Origin: a virus
Taxonomy: Duplodnaviria; Caudoviricetes
Length of the DNA: 45,728 bases
Strand: one strand, 5' to 3'
Virus record (IMG/VR): IMGVR_UViG_3300037046_000294
Location: 1 to 45,728 of that record
The notes beneath the pieces were generated by a model. It saw nothing but the letters and a program-made list of their open reading frames with translations. It searched no databases and was not told the origin of the DNA. The translations under genes were made by a program, and so were the position numbers. Positions within the stretch are counted from its first letter, which is position 1. Each line of letters starts with the position of its first letter. Below are positions 36,517-45,728 of the stretch, piece after piece.

Positions 36517-38112
36517 ATGAAATACGCAAAATTAGCACTGCTTAATAAACTCCAGAACGTCCCCCGCCAGGGCTGGACATGGCAAAAGGTAAAAGACCTG
36601 GTTGACTCCCTTTGGCGCGACGAAATATGGGTGAAAAACATTATTTATAAATTTTTGCCAACCCCCGCCGATGGTATCGTTTCGGGCGGCATAGTTACCT
36701 GGCTAACCGGGTTAACTTTTGCCGTTAGCCAAACCATTTATTATTTGGGCGGAAGGCTATATTTTGCCCCGTCAACAACGGTAACTTTAAATGAAGCCGA
36801 TGCCACAAACCCGCGTATCGATGTTTTTACGGTTAATTCCGACAGCTCCGTTGAAGTTATTGAAGGCACACCTGCAGCAGAACCACAAAAGCCAAGTATC
36901 GATCCGGCCACACACCTTGAACTTACTTTCGTGCTTATTCCGGCCAATGCCACAGAACCGCCAACCATTACCGACGAAATTGTTTACAACGAAAACACAG
37001 AGTGGACACCCGTGGCAAGTGGCATAACAGTTAATTTTAACGCAGCAACCAGCCCATACACAGGCTCAAAATGCGCCGATGTTGGCGCAATTGGCAATAA
37101 CGACACAATAACCTTTACAGCCGCGCTTCCCAATAATTTTACCGATTACGAAAACATTAGTCTTTGGCTGAAACTAAAAGCAAATCCTGCAACACAGCAT
37201 AAACTTTATGTGCGCTTCCTTCTCTCCGGCATTGCAGTTAGCACCGAAATTGAAATACTTTTCGAACGCGCCAATACAACCACCTGGCAGAATATCGCGC
37301 TGGCATTATCAGCATTTACCTTTACAGGCGAAACCTTCGATGCTGTTCGTTTGCGCTGGTCGAAATCGGGCGCCAATGTCGATTTTACAGGTTTTTATCT
37401 CGACTACATTAAATTGCAGCGTGGCATAACACCCCCACCGGTTGCCACCGACACTTATACAACCGCTCTCACTTTCAATGATACTACCCGCGAGCTTGCC
37501 CTGGTTCAAAACAACAACAGGCCAGTGCTTAAAGTAACCATCCCCGGTGGCGAAGGCGGCGGAGAACCTGGTGAAGATGGCCGCGAAGTTGAAATGTCGG
37601 TTGAAGGTGGATACGTGGTTTGGCGTTACGTTGGCGATGTATCCTGGACAAACCTTGTAGCATTATCGGCAATTACAGGCCCGCCCGGGTCCGATGGTGA
37701 AGATGGCGCAACAGGAGCGCCCGGTGCTGATGGAACTGATGGCCGCGAAATCGAACTTCGTGAGAATGCCGGTTGGGTAGAGTGGCGCTACATTGGCGAT
37801 GCAACCTGGACACAGTTGTATGAAATTCCGGAAGGTGGTGGCGGTGGAGCTTCGGTTATACAGGTAACCGGAACGCTGGTTGTTGCCAATTGGGTAACAG
37901 ATGGAAGCCTGAAAAAGTACGTGCTTTCAAACGCCAACATAACAGCAACATCAAGCGTGGAAGTTATACCGGCAAACTCAAGTTATGACGTTTTAGTTGC
38001 AGCCGAACCCATGCCTGAAACCGAAAGCGCTGCCGGAACGGTTACTATGTGGGTTAAAAACACTCCCAGTGCAGATATACCGGTAACAATCAACATTACA
38101 GAAATAGCATGA
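36517..38112 (+). CDS. Tail fibre protein with collagen-like repeats and a putative carbohydrate-binding domain
   Basis: ADATNPRID anchor motif; jelly-roll-like middle; Gly-X-Y runs; two GRE[VI]E...WRY.GD..W repeats. Confidence 0.8.
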   Translation: MKYAKLALLNKLQNVPRQGWTWQKVKDLVDSLWRDEIWVKNIIYKFLPTPADGIVSGGIVTWLTGLTFAVSQTIYYLGGRLYFAPSTTVTLNEADATNPRIDVFTVNSDSSVEVIEGTPAAEPQKPSIDPATHLELTFVLIPANATEPPTITDEIVYNENTEWTPVASGITVNFNAATSPYTGSKCADVGAIGNNDTITFTAALPNNFTDYENISLWLKLKANPATQHKLYVRFLLSGIAVSTEIEILFERANTTTWQNIALALSAFTFTGETFDAVRLRWSKSGANVDFTGFYLDYIKLQRGITPPPVATDTYTTALTFNDTTRELALVQNNNRPVLKVTIPGGEGGGEPGEDGREVEMSVEGGYVVWRYVGDVSWTNLVALSAITGPPGSDGEDGATGAPGADGTDGREIELRENAGWVEWRYIGDATWTQLYEIPEGGGGGASVIQVTGTLVVANWVTDGSLKKYVLSNANITATSSVEVIPANSSYDVLVAAEPMPETESAAGTVTMWVKNTPSADIPVTINITEIA

Positions 38113-39623
38113 AAAAAGGAGCGTTCAGATTTCCAATGATAAAAATCGCGGGTGGCGAAAACCCAGACCCGGCGATTTATTGCCCGGCAAACGGTTATTA
38201 TTCTCCAATACTACCCGAATACGAGGAACCAATTCAAACGCCAACACCATCAGCAGAAGTTATAATTTTAACATGCGAAGATAAAGAGCAGCGAATTGTG
38301 ACTTTCAGAGTACAGTTAAGCAGTACTGGGACGGTGAACTGCGAAGTTTATAATTCGGCAGATGAACTATTGTACGCCAAGACAACAGCCTCTGGTACAA
38401 AAATCACCTTCAACCCGATAAACGATCCAGTACCCCAGTTTTATTATATTAAAATTTACCCGGCAGACCCACTAAAAACCATTAGTTTATTTACAGTTGA
38501 CACAACAACCGGATATGAAACCGATTATCCGATTTTAGCCGCCAAATTTAATACGCCAAATTTAACATCCCTCTTAAACAGTTTTTTTAAACAGAGCCAA
38601 TTTAAGAAATTCACCCGCATAAGTACGTTAGACTTATTGACAAACACACAAGGCGCATTCTCATACTCAGGGATCACACATTTTACCTTTCCGGATTCGA
38701 TGAACTCATTAAATCAGGCCACTTCAATGTTTTCGTACTCGGACATAAATTTTATTGATTTCAACAATTGCAATATGCCACTGCTTGCTGCAAATGCGCA
38801 ATCGATGCTGGCATACACGTACAAATTACAAACGGTAATTTTTAACCCGATCATACCAGCTTGCACCAACATGATTTCTTTTTTTCAGGGGTCAAACGTT
38901 GAAAATTTAACACTTTCTCCAACACTTTCAACCAACACCATAACGTTCTCATTATCTAATCTGTGCAACGGATGCCAATTTTTAAAAACATTAATTTTGC
39001 CGGAATTTCCCATTAGCTATACGATTGGATTTTCATCGGCATTCACGAACTGCCCATCATTAAATTACATTGAATTTCGAGGCGCAAGCAAAGGAACAGG
39101 ATCGACAATCTTTACAAACACAACCAACATAGAAACGATGATCTTTAGAGAGTACTTGAATACCCAATTATGGGCATACGGTACTACGTTCTCAAAAGTA
39201 AAGACATTACGATTGCCGGACGTTTACGACAATACGGTTATGAGCTTGAGTTTATTTTCAAGGGTGACAGAAATAGACTGTCCAAATTGCGTCTCCACAG
39301 GTCAAGTTCACGCAAGTTTTGGTAGTGCAAAATACCCGAAAATCAATCTTCCGGGAGTAAAGGTGTACCGATTATCCGCAGGAAGTACAGCAGCATACGG
39401 TAACTTTACAACCGCGCAATTTGACTGGGCAAATTCAATCCCGTCAAGCGAAGTAAGCCCGATTTATACATTAATTGGGGCAATGGATGCAAACGAAATA
39501 AATAGGATTTTTGGGGAATTGCCAACGGTCGTAGGCAGACAGATAGACGTTAGATACAATCCCGGAGCATCAACATGCAACCCAGCAATTGCAACGGCAA
39601 AAGGATGGACAGTTAACAGATAA
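38109..39623 (+). CDS. Putative receptor-binding protein with BspA/LRR-like repeats
   Basis: Repeated (M/A)FSYS, LCNGCQFLKTL, AFTNCPSL; ends IATAKGWTV. Confidence 0.75.
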   Translation: MKKGAFRFPMIKIAGGENPDPAIYCPANGYYSPILPEYEEPIQTPTPSAEVIILTCEDKEQRIVTFRVQLSSTGTVNCEVYNSADELLYAKTTASGTKITFNPINDPVPQFYYIKIYPADPLKTISLFTVDTTTGYETDYPILAAKFNTPNLTSLLNSFFKQSQFKKFTRISTLDLLTNTQGAFSYSGITHFTFPDSMNSLNQATSMFSYSDINFIDFNNCNMPLLAANAQSMLAYTYKLQTVIFNPIIPACTNMISFFQGSNVENLTLSPTLSTNTITFSLSNLCNGCQFLKTLILPEFPISYTIGFSSAFTNCPSLNYIEFRGASKGTGSTIFTNTTNIETMIFREYLNTQLWAYGTTFSKVKTLRLPDVYDNTVMSLSLFSRVTEIDCPNCVSTGQVHASFGSAKYPKINLPGVKVYRLSAGSTAAYGNFTTAQFDWANSIPSSEVSPIYTLIGAMDANEINRIFGELPTVVGRQIDVRYNPGASTCNPAIATAKGWTVNR

Positions 39624-39684
39624 TAAAACAGATTTACAAACCCAATTAAAAAAAACAAATGACAGGAACGGAATCCTTTTTTTT

Positions 39685-39719
39685 GTCCTTTCCTTAGCAT
39701 CCTGTGCCATCTATCTTCA
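39685..39719 (+). promoter_or_regulatory. Phage late-promoter motif, copy 4
   Basis: GTCCTTT-N20-TATCTTCA upstream of lysis cassette. Confidence 0.75.
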
Positions 39720-39747
39720 CAAAAAAAACCATTAACGCTTTTTGAAG

Positions 39748-40188
39748 ATGAATAATTTTCTAAATACGCTGTACGACTTTATAGTTGCAATTTTCCTAAC
39801 AATTATCGGCTATTTGTTACCCCTCAAAAACATGGCACACCTGGTACTGTTTTTCTTTTTCCTCGATGTGATTTACGGTTACCTGGCCGACAGAAAGCAG
39901 AACGGCGCCCGGTTTAAAACAGCAATTGTTTGGGCTAAAACAGTACCCCGGATAATACTAAGCATCGTGCTTCTGATTATGGCTTTTATGCTCGACGAGG
40001 TTTGCAGCCAGGAGTACATTCAAACCTACAAAGTAGTGGGCTGGTTTATCTGCAGCTTACTATTCCTTTCAATTCTTAAAAACGGGTACATCGTTACCCA
40101 GTGGGCCGCAATACCGTTAATCGGCAAACTGATTGAAAAGCGCATCGAAAAGCAAACCGACACCGAAATTGAAGAAACTGCGATATGA
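39748..40188 (+). CDS. Holin
   Basis: Three to four TM segments; SILKN motif; coupled to endolysin. Start may be TTG 39742 or ATG 39748. Confidence 0.85.
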   Translation: MNNFLNTLYDFIVAIFLTIIGYLLPLKNMAHLVLFFFFLDVIYGYLADRKQNGARFKTAIVWAKTVPRIILSIVLLIMAFMLDEVCSQEYIQTYKVVGWFICSLLFLSILKNGYIVTQWAAIPLIGKLIEKRIEKQTDTEIEETAI

Positions 40189-40589
40189 GAAAGATTAACC
40201 TGCTTGTAATTCATTGTGCCGACACTTATGCAACCATGGACATTGGCGTGAAAGAAATTGATACCTGGCATCGCCAAAAAAAATGGAACGGTTGTGGTTA
40301 CCACTATGTGATCCGCCGCAATGGTGTTGTGGAAACCGGCAGACAGGAAGCTGTTGTGGGCGCACATGTTGAAGGCTATAACGCAAATTCAATTGGCGTA
40401 TGCTATGCCGGTGGCAAAGGAACCAATGGCCGGCCCGAAGATAACCGCACTCCTGAGCAGAAAGAAAGCCTCCGGAAGCTGATTGCTGAACTTCTGAAAA
40501 AATACCCGGGAGCAAAAGTAGTTGGCCACCACGACCTGGACCCCGGAAAAGCATGTCCATCATTTAACGTTAAAACTGAATATTTATGA
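40185..40589 (+). CDS. Endolysin, N-acetylmuramoyl-L-alanine amidase (T7-lysozyme-like)
   Basis: VIHCAD, GYHYVI, GAHVEGYNANSIGVCYAGG, GHHD and KACPSF motifs. Confidence 0.95.
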   Translation: MRKINLLVIHCADTYATMDIGVKEIDTWHRQKKWNGCGYHYVIRRNGVVETGRQEAVVGAHVEGYNANSIGVCYAGGKGTNGRPEDNRTPEQKESLRKLIAELLKKYPGAKVVGHHDLDPGKACPSFNVKTEYL

Positions 40590-41173
40590 AAACTCAATTA
40601 TTTCTATGTGCCCTTATGTGCCTGCTGTTGTTCAGCTCCTGCCTGACAGTTAAAAAAATTGAACGCAACTGCGATAAGTTCGCCAAAGTTTGCGTAACCG
40701 AAACCACCACCCAAACCCTTTGGCGTGATACCACAATCTATGTTGACAAAGCGTTTTATATTGACACAACAATTTTTGTTCCCATCCCCGGATTTAAAGA
40801 TTCAGTCCGTATCCGGGATTCGGTAGTGGTGCGCGATAATTATGCATACATGAAATCGATACACGTTGAAAAAGGCATTATTGCAGTTGATGCATCAGTT
40901 AACCGATCGGTTTTTTCGGTGGATGCCTACCTAACCGACAGCACCATTTTATACCATTTCCAGGACACGCTAAACTATCAGGATTCTTTAACCATTTACA
41001 ACGCTATCAGGGAACGAACGACAACCAGTACCGTAGTTTTACCACCCGTAAAGTATATCCCGAAGCTCTACAAAATTACTTTCTGGATTGTGATTTTACA
41101 GGTACTGGTCTGCATTGTATTGCTGCTCTCGGAGTTTGGCGTATTCCGCAAATTGCTGAATCTGTTCAGGTAA
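40586..41173 (+). CDS. Lipoprotein with C-terminal TM helix; unimolecular spanin candidate
   Basis: Lipobox LFSSC, beta-rich body, C-terminal hydrophobic helix; follows endolysin. Confidence 0.65.
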   Translation: MKTQLFLCALMCLLLFSSCLTVKKIERNCDKFAKVCVTETTTQTLWRDTTIYVDKAFYIDTTIFVPIPGFKDSVRIRDSVVVRDNYAYMKSIHVEKGIIAVDASVNRSVFSVDAYLTDSTILYHFQDTLNYQDSLTIYNAIRERTTTSTVVLPPVKYIPKLYKITFWIVILQVLVCIVLLLSEFGVFRKLLNLFR

Positions 41174-41397
41174 AAATAAAAACAGTTACGGGCGGCTGAC
41201 CAAACCACCCGGCGTTCTGAGTGTATTTATACTGTATTAAAACATGGTCCGAAAAATTTATTTCTTTCGATTCCTTCAATTTAAACAGACCAGACAGTTT
41301 TTAATATGGGTTTGTAAAGGAAGCGGGTTGGGTCTCGCTTCCGAACCAAATACAATAATTTCTAATTTTTAATTTACAATTTATAATTTATAAAGTT

Positions 41398-41787
41398 ATG
41401 TCAATTACAAAATTCATCGCAGACGCCATCATGGATGCAGCGTGCGATTACGTGAAAAACAACATTACAGAAATGTACATCTGTAGCGGTGCAAACAACC
41501 CCGCAACCAGGGCGGCAGCAATAACAGCGGCGCTGGCCAGTAAAACAAACCTTACCAGCGCATCGTTTACCGGGCCCGCTGATGGGACTGTAAGTGGGCG
41601 AAAAATCACCAAAAATGCCGAAACAGGTATTGCAATTACAGCTTCCGGCGATGCAACAAACGTTTGTTTGTGTTCGGGAACTACGCTGCTGGCGGTGCAC
41701 CAGATGACATTGCAGAACCTCACTTCGGGCGGAACTGTGAACACCCCGGCATTCAGGGTTACCGAAATTGCCGACGTTACCCCGTAA
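41398..41787 (+). CDS. Small virion appendage/fibre-base protein
   Basis: Thr/Ala/Gly-rich beta protein heading the repeat-fibre module. Confidence 0.65.
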   Translation: MSITKFIADAIMDAACDYVKNNITEMYICSGANNPATRAAAITAALASKTNLTSASFTGPADGTVSGRKITKNAETGIAITASGDATNVCLCSGTTLLAVHQMTLQNLTSGGTVNTPAFRVTEIADVTP

Positions 41788-41798
41788 TATTTGATTGA

Positions 41799-43577
41799 GT
41801 GTCAACGGTAACAAAAACATTCGCATTTGGTAGTAATGCCGAAGGTTGGTCAGTATCTGGCGGTACTGCCGATACAACTTTGGCATGGTCGTCAACCGGT
41901 GGCAATACCGGCGGATGTTTAAGTTCCCGTATTTTTGGCCGTAACAAAACAGCAGACCCGCATTGGTTTTATGCCGGTACGTGGGAGTCAATGGGAGTTC
42001 CTGCCGGTGCAACTGTTACCAAAATACGTTTGACTGGGTTTGATTGGCGGTGTTCTGAGTGGAATGTTGGAAATACATCAACACAGGTAAGATTGTCTTA
42101 CCTATATGATTCAGCAGGCACAACTCAAATTGCTGTATTATCAAACACTCAACCTACTGTTTCGGGGGTAACGGCCTATGCCTCAATAAATGGTATAGAA
42201 GCTACAGTAGGCGAAGCATATCAGGCGTCAAACACTTCCATTCAGTTGTGGTGGGATATTTACCTGCGCTCAGCCAGTAACAACTCTGCAGCAGTAACCC
42301 TGTTAATGGATAATTTCAGTGTTGAAATAACCTATACAGAGGCACCTGTGCCTGTTGATTTAACTATTCAAGACAACGTTCAATCTCAGGTTTCAGACAG
42401 CATTGTGGTGGAGGCATTTGCGCCTGTAGTTACCTTAACAGTTATCGATAATGTACAATCGCAGGTTTCCGATTCGCTTTCGGTTACTCAGGATTACAAT
42501 CTGGCAATTCATGACAACGTTCAAAGTCAGGTTTCCGATTCGGTTACTGTTACTCAGGATTACAATCTGGCAATTCATGACAATTTGCAATCGCAGGTTT
42601 CGGACAGCATTGTTATTGAAGCTTTTTTACCTGTTGTAACCTTAACCATTCAGGACAATCTGCAAAGTCAGCTTTCCGATTCACTTTCTGTTACGCAGGA
42701 TTACAATCTGGCAATTCATGACAATTTGCAATCGCAACTTTCTGATTCGATATCGGTTACCCAACAGCACAATCTGGCAATCCATGACAACGTTCAAAGC
42801 CAGGTTTCCGATTCACTATCGGTTAGCCAGAATTACAATTTAGCAATTCAGGACAATTTGCAATCGCAGTTTTCCGATTCGGTTACTATTAGCCAGAATT
42901 ACAATTTGGCTATCCAGGACAACGTACAAAGTCAGGTTTCCGATTCGCTATCGGTTACTCAGGATTACAATCTGGCAATTCAGGACAATCTGCAATCGCA
43001 GGTTTCCGACCTTATTACCGTAACGTTTGAATCGGCTGAAATTAACCTGCAAATTCATGACAACCTTCAAAGCCAGGTTTCCGATTCGCTATCGGTTATC
43101 CAGGATTACAATCTGGCAATTCATGACAATCTGCAAAGCCAGCTTTCCGACATTATTACCGTAACAGTTGAATCGACCGGAATTAACCTGATAATTGAAG
43201 ACAACGTTCAGGAGCAATTAGCAGACAGTATTTCGGTTACTCAGGATCATAATTTGCAGGTTGATGACCATTTTCAGGCGCAGTTTTCTGACACCATCAA
43301 CGTTACCCAGGATTACTTATTAGTGATTTTCGATAACGAACAGGCGCAAATTTCCGACAGCATTGTTATTGTAATACCTGGCATCACACTGAAAATATTC
43401 AGCGGTACTTCTGAATTTTCATTTTTGCTAACAGCGAAATCAGAGTTTATAACCGGAATTGGGGAGGAAAGCGATTTTCAGAAGCATATTGAATCGGCTT
43501 CCGATTTCTCCCAACACATTCAATCAACATCAGAGTTTTCAAAAACAATTCAAAAACAATCAAGTTTTCTACCATGA
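41799..43577 (+). CDS. Repeat-rich fibre protein (globular N-terminus plus about 15 repeats of 22-25 aa)
   Basis: DN[VL]QSQ[VL]SDS.SVTQDYNLAI repeats; 10-aa S[ED]F repeats at C-terminus; GTG start. Confidence 0.8.
   Translation: MSTVTKTFAFGSNAEGWSVSGGTADTTLAWSSTGGNTGGCLSSRIFGRNKTADPHWFYAGTWESMGVPAGATVTKIRLTGFDWRCSEWNVGNTSTQVRLSYLYDSAGTTQIAVLSNTQPTVSGVTAYASINGIEATVGEAYQASNTSIQLWWDIYLRSASNNSAAVTLLMDNFSVEITYTEAPVPVDLTIQDNVQSQVSDSIVVEAFAPVVTLTVIDNVQSQVSDSLSVTQDYNLAIHDNVQSQVSDSVTVTQDYNLAIHDNLQSQVSDSIVIEAFLPVVTLTIQDNLQSQLSDSLSVTQDYNLAIHDNLQSQLSDSISVTQQHNLAIHDNVQSQVSDSLSVSQNYNLAIQDNLQSQFSDSVTISQNYNLAIQDNVQSQVSDSLSVTQDYNLAIQDNLQSQVSDLITVTFESAEINLQIHDNLQSQVSDSLSVIQDYNLAIHDNLQSQLSDIITVTVESTGINLIIEDNVQEQLADSISVTQDHNLQVDDHFQAQFSDTINVTQDYLLVIFDNEQAQISDSIVIVIPGITLKIFSGTSEFSFLLTAKSEFITGIGEESDFQKHIESASDFSQHIQSTSEFSKTIQKQSSFLP
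42362..43370 (+). repeat. Coding tandem repeat, 66/75-bp units
   Basis: Recurrent CAGGATTACAATCTGGCAATTCA and CAGGTTTCCGATTCG. Confidence 0.9.
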
Positions 43578-43867
43578 GCGACGCATTCAGTACACAGGAC
43601 TATCTCCGCATATCGGCAAAATACACCGCCAACGTGAGCGAACAAATTGCAGAGGTGAAATTAAAATACATCAACCCAAACAAGTTGCGCGGCGAGTGGC
43701 CTGCCGTACACGACGCCGCCAACAAAACCATTTATTACGAGTTGCCGCTTGCCAGCCCGCTGCTGCTCTCGGGCCAGTGGAAAATCTGGAGCTTTGCCAC
43801 CATGGCCGATGGCCGCAAATTGCCAGGCAAACCTTTTACGATTAATATTTCGAAAGAGGGGGAATGA
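43574..43867 (+). CDS. Small Ig-like (BppU N-terminal-like) adaptor protein
   Basis: LKYINPNK.RGEWPA...IYY...GQWKIW pattern; ATGA coupled. Confidence 0.6.
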   Translation: MSDAFSTQDYLRISAKYTANVSEQIAEVKLKYINPNKLRGEWPAVHDAANKTIYYELPLASPLLLSGQWKIWSFATMADGRKLPGKPFTINISKEGE

Positions 43868-43994
43868 AAAGCAATTAGAAATGCAAAATGTTAAATGATA
43901 AATGTTTGGACTACATACATAATCGCTGTAGATATTTTGTTTTCATACCAATTAGTTTATGATTTAATCAGAGGGCCGTTTTACAAATCCCGGA

Positions 43995-44022
43995 AAGCCT
44001 GACCGCAGCGTCAGGCTTTTTT
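43995..44022 (+). terminator. Rho-independent terminator
   Basis: AAGCCTGAC/GTCAGGCTT plus T-run. Confidence 0.85.
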
Positions 44023-44057
44023 GTCCTTTTAGTTTAACTCACAAAAACCGAAATTTC
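44023..44057 (+). promoter_or_regulatory. Phage late-promoter motif, copy 5
   Basis: GTCCTTT-N20-GAAATTTC. Confidence 0.6.
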
Positions 44058-44091
44058 AGTTTTAATTGTTTAACCATTTAATAATTTACCA

Positions 44092-44451
44092 ATGAAGAAG
44101 TTTTTGATTTTTATGATGCTTGCTTTTTCGGTGGTTATGTATGCATCGCCACCGCCAGTTCCGGAAGTTATTACTGAACAGGTACAGTTTTCACCGCCCG
44201 GAGAGTTTCAAACCATTCAGGCTGTTGAAGTGCAGGAGGTCGCGTATGTGTACCTTGGTGACTTCGAAATGGCCAGTTACCAGGAATTCATTATAGAACC
44301 GGTTGCGAAGCTGGAATTCCCGGTGATGGTGATGAATGATAATTATTTTGCTTTCGCGCAGGAGTTAAATAAGCCTCCTTCAATTCTGAATTTGAATGGA
44401 GCAATTAACAAACAGCATTCAAATTACGGTTATCCATTTACTGCGAATTAG
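44092..44451 (+). CDS. Small exported acidic protein
   Basis: Signal peptide MKKFLIFMMLAFSVVMYA. Confidence 0.7.
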   Translation: MKKFLIFMMLAFSVVMYASPPPVPEVITEQVQFSPPGEFQTIQAVEVQEVAYVYLGDFEMASYQEFIIEPVAKLEFPVMVMNDNYFAFAQELNKPPSILNLNGAINKQHSNYGYPFTAN

Positions 44452-44487
44452 TTTTTTCATATTTTTGGTTTAGTTTAGTTAGGTTAT

Positions 44488-44525
44488 ACACCCGGTTCTT
44501 CAGAGGAAGGATCGGGTGTTTTGTT
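44488..44525. terminator. Terminator between convergent genes
   Basis: ACACCCGGTTCTTC/GAAGGATCGGGTGT stem plus T-rich tail. Confidence 0.75.
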
Positions 44526-45728
44526 TTAAATCTCCGGAAAATTCTCAATAATGCTTTTGCTGGTGTTTCCTTTTTTGTTTTTCATATAAATTTCTGTTGT
44601 AACCATGCTGGTGTGGCCGTTCTGTCCCTGCAGTTCGTTGCGTGGTATTCCGGCATCATCGGCACGTACATTGCCGGTATGTTTCCAGGAATATAGTTTA
44701 TACTGCGATGGCATTTTCAGCGCAATCCTTACCTTACGGAACCGGTCGGTAAGGTCGTTTATGCAAAGGTGTTTCTTTCCAGGTTCGCCCCCTGCCCCAA
44801 TAACGTAATAATCGCGGTCGTACATTTGTAATTTGTAAACCTCCCTTATTTTGTTCATGAAAACTGTTGGAATAGTTACAATACGCTGCCCTTTTTTGGC
44901 GTTCTCGTATTTCACCACCACCCGGGAACGGCCAAAGTCGATATCGCCAATTTTCAAAAACCTGATTTCTTCCCTGGGGCGAAGAAAGCAATAGTATTCA
45001 AAGCATATAGCCAGCCACAATTGCGGATCTGTTTTCAGAATTTTGCGCTTCAATATAGGGATATCGCTTTCGTGTATTGGGTAAGCTGCCGAATCGTTGA
45101 TGCGCTTTGTACCTGGCAAGTCAAAACACGGGTTAGGGAATTGTTTCCGCTCTTTACGCACATAATTAAAAACCGCTTCAAGTATTATCCGGTAATTATC
45201 CACCGATGATTTCGACAGCTTCCGGGTTTCAATAATGAAAAACATGAATTCGAGCAGCACTTCCTGGGTGATTGCAGATACATCGGCTTCGCCCATTTGC
45301 CTGCCATCGAGCCAGGCGTTAAACAACCGTAATTTACTGCGGTAGGTGATTACCGTGTTCGGGTCAATTTCGTTTTTCCTAAAGTCGATGTATTTTGAGG
45401 CATAGAACCTGAAAGTACCGTTTTTCGAAACAGCTTTCCTGTAATTCTTGATAAGTGTTTGGTATTGCAGGTTGTCGTCGTAAATTATGTTTTCGTCAGT
45501 AAATGGAGTCCAACCGGCTTTGAGTTTGTCGCTCCAGAGCTGCTTCATTTTTTCTGCAGCCTGCATCCGTTCATGGTAAGTATGAAACTTATTGATTCCC
45601 TTCGCCATTCGAAAGCGTTCGAGCTTTCCGGTTTTAGGGTTCCGAACCTTAAATATGATCAACCATTTGTCGTTTACGGAGACTTTGCCGCCGCAATCGT
45701 AAATTTCTGGTAACTCGATTAAAATCAT
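44526..45728 (-). CDS. Tyrosine recombinase / prophage integrase (start at window edge)
   Basis: FLRPREE (Arg), LYSWKHTG and GHTSMVTTEIY (His, Tyr); SAM-like N-terminal domain. Confidence 0.93.
   Translation of the reverse strand: MILIELPEIYDCGGKVSVNDKWLIIFKVRNPKTGKLERFRMAKGINKFHTYHERMQAAEKMKQLWSDKLKAGWTPFTDENIIYDDNLQYQTLIKNYRKAVSKNGTFRFYASKYIDFRKNEIDPNTVITYRSKLRLFNAWLDGRQMGEADVSAITQEVLLEFMFFIIETRKLSKSSVDNYRIILEAVFNYVRKERKQFPNPCFDLPGTKRINDSAAYPIHESDIPILKRKILKTDPQLWLAICFEYYCFLRPREEIRFLKIGDIDFGRSRVVVKYENAKKGQRIVTIPTVFMNKIREVYKLQMYDRDYYVIGAGGEPGKKHLCINDLTDRFRKVRIALKMPSQYKLYSWKHTGNVRADDAGIPRNELQGQNGHTSMVTTEIYMKNKKGNTSKSIIENFPEI

Larger units (their letters stand above)
1..45728. mobile_element. 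Temperate tailed prophage of a probable Bacteroidota host; ends not contained in the window
   Basis: Co-oriented replication, head, terminase, portal, tape measure, tail and lysis genes, plus a tyrosine integrase on the opposite strand. Confidence 0.95.

Noticed and set aside
38109-39623. Diversity-generating retroelement targeting the receptor-binding protein
   Set aside because: No reverse transcriptase in the window and I saw no second copy of the 3' region differing at adenines
42362-43370. CRISPR array
   Set aside because: Repeats are in-frame coding units with synonymous variation, no unique spacers and no cas genes
44452-45728. attachment site or tRNA target near the integrase
   Set aside because: No tRNA or matching direct repeat recognisable; prophage ends lie outside the window

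Overview
The window is almost entirely one temperate, tailed (siphovirus-like) prophage, probably from a Bacteroidota host (TTG-N19/21-TAnnTTTG promoters, a Flavo-1-like RNA, Bacteroidota-type intergenic repeats). Gene order: small early genes, ASCH-like protein and primase-helicase (1-8.1 kb); iteron-rich origin (8.1-8.8 kb); head and packaging genes (9.4-18.05 kb); a 7.3 kb accessory island between terminase and portal; portal, neck, tape measure and tail genes (25.4-39.6 kb); lysis genes; a repeat-fibre module; and a minus-strand tyrosine integrase at the right edge. The immunity region and att sites are not visible. Two candidate systems stand out. (1) The island holds five transcription modules, each a long fold-back leader, 1-2 genes (SSB-like, Zn-finger + SymE, 53-aa protein, ArdC + truncated HsdM-like, coiled-coil protein) and a terminator followed by TTTTTT(G)GTCG. 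The promoter boxes in the leaders face the wrong way for dsDNA but fit a single-stranded-DNA (Frpo-like) hairpin promoter, so the island resembles a plasmid leading region placed inside a dsDNA phage. (2) Three putative structural proteins end in the same DSG-rich tag, a fourth carries it internally, and a Stealth/GT-A-like transferase lies next to them, suggesting tag-directed virion glycosylation. All product calls come from motif recognition by eye, not database searches.
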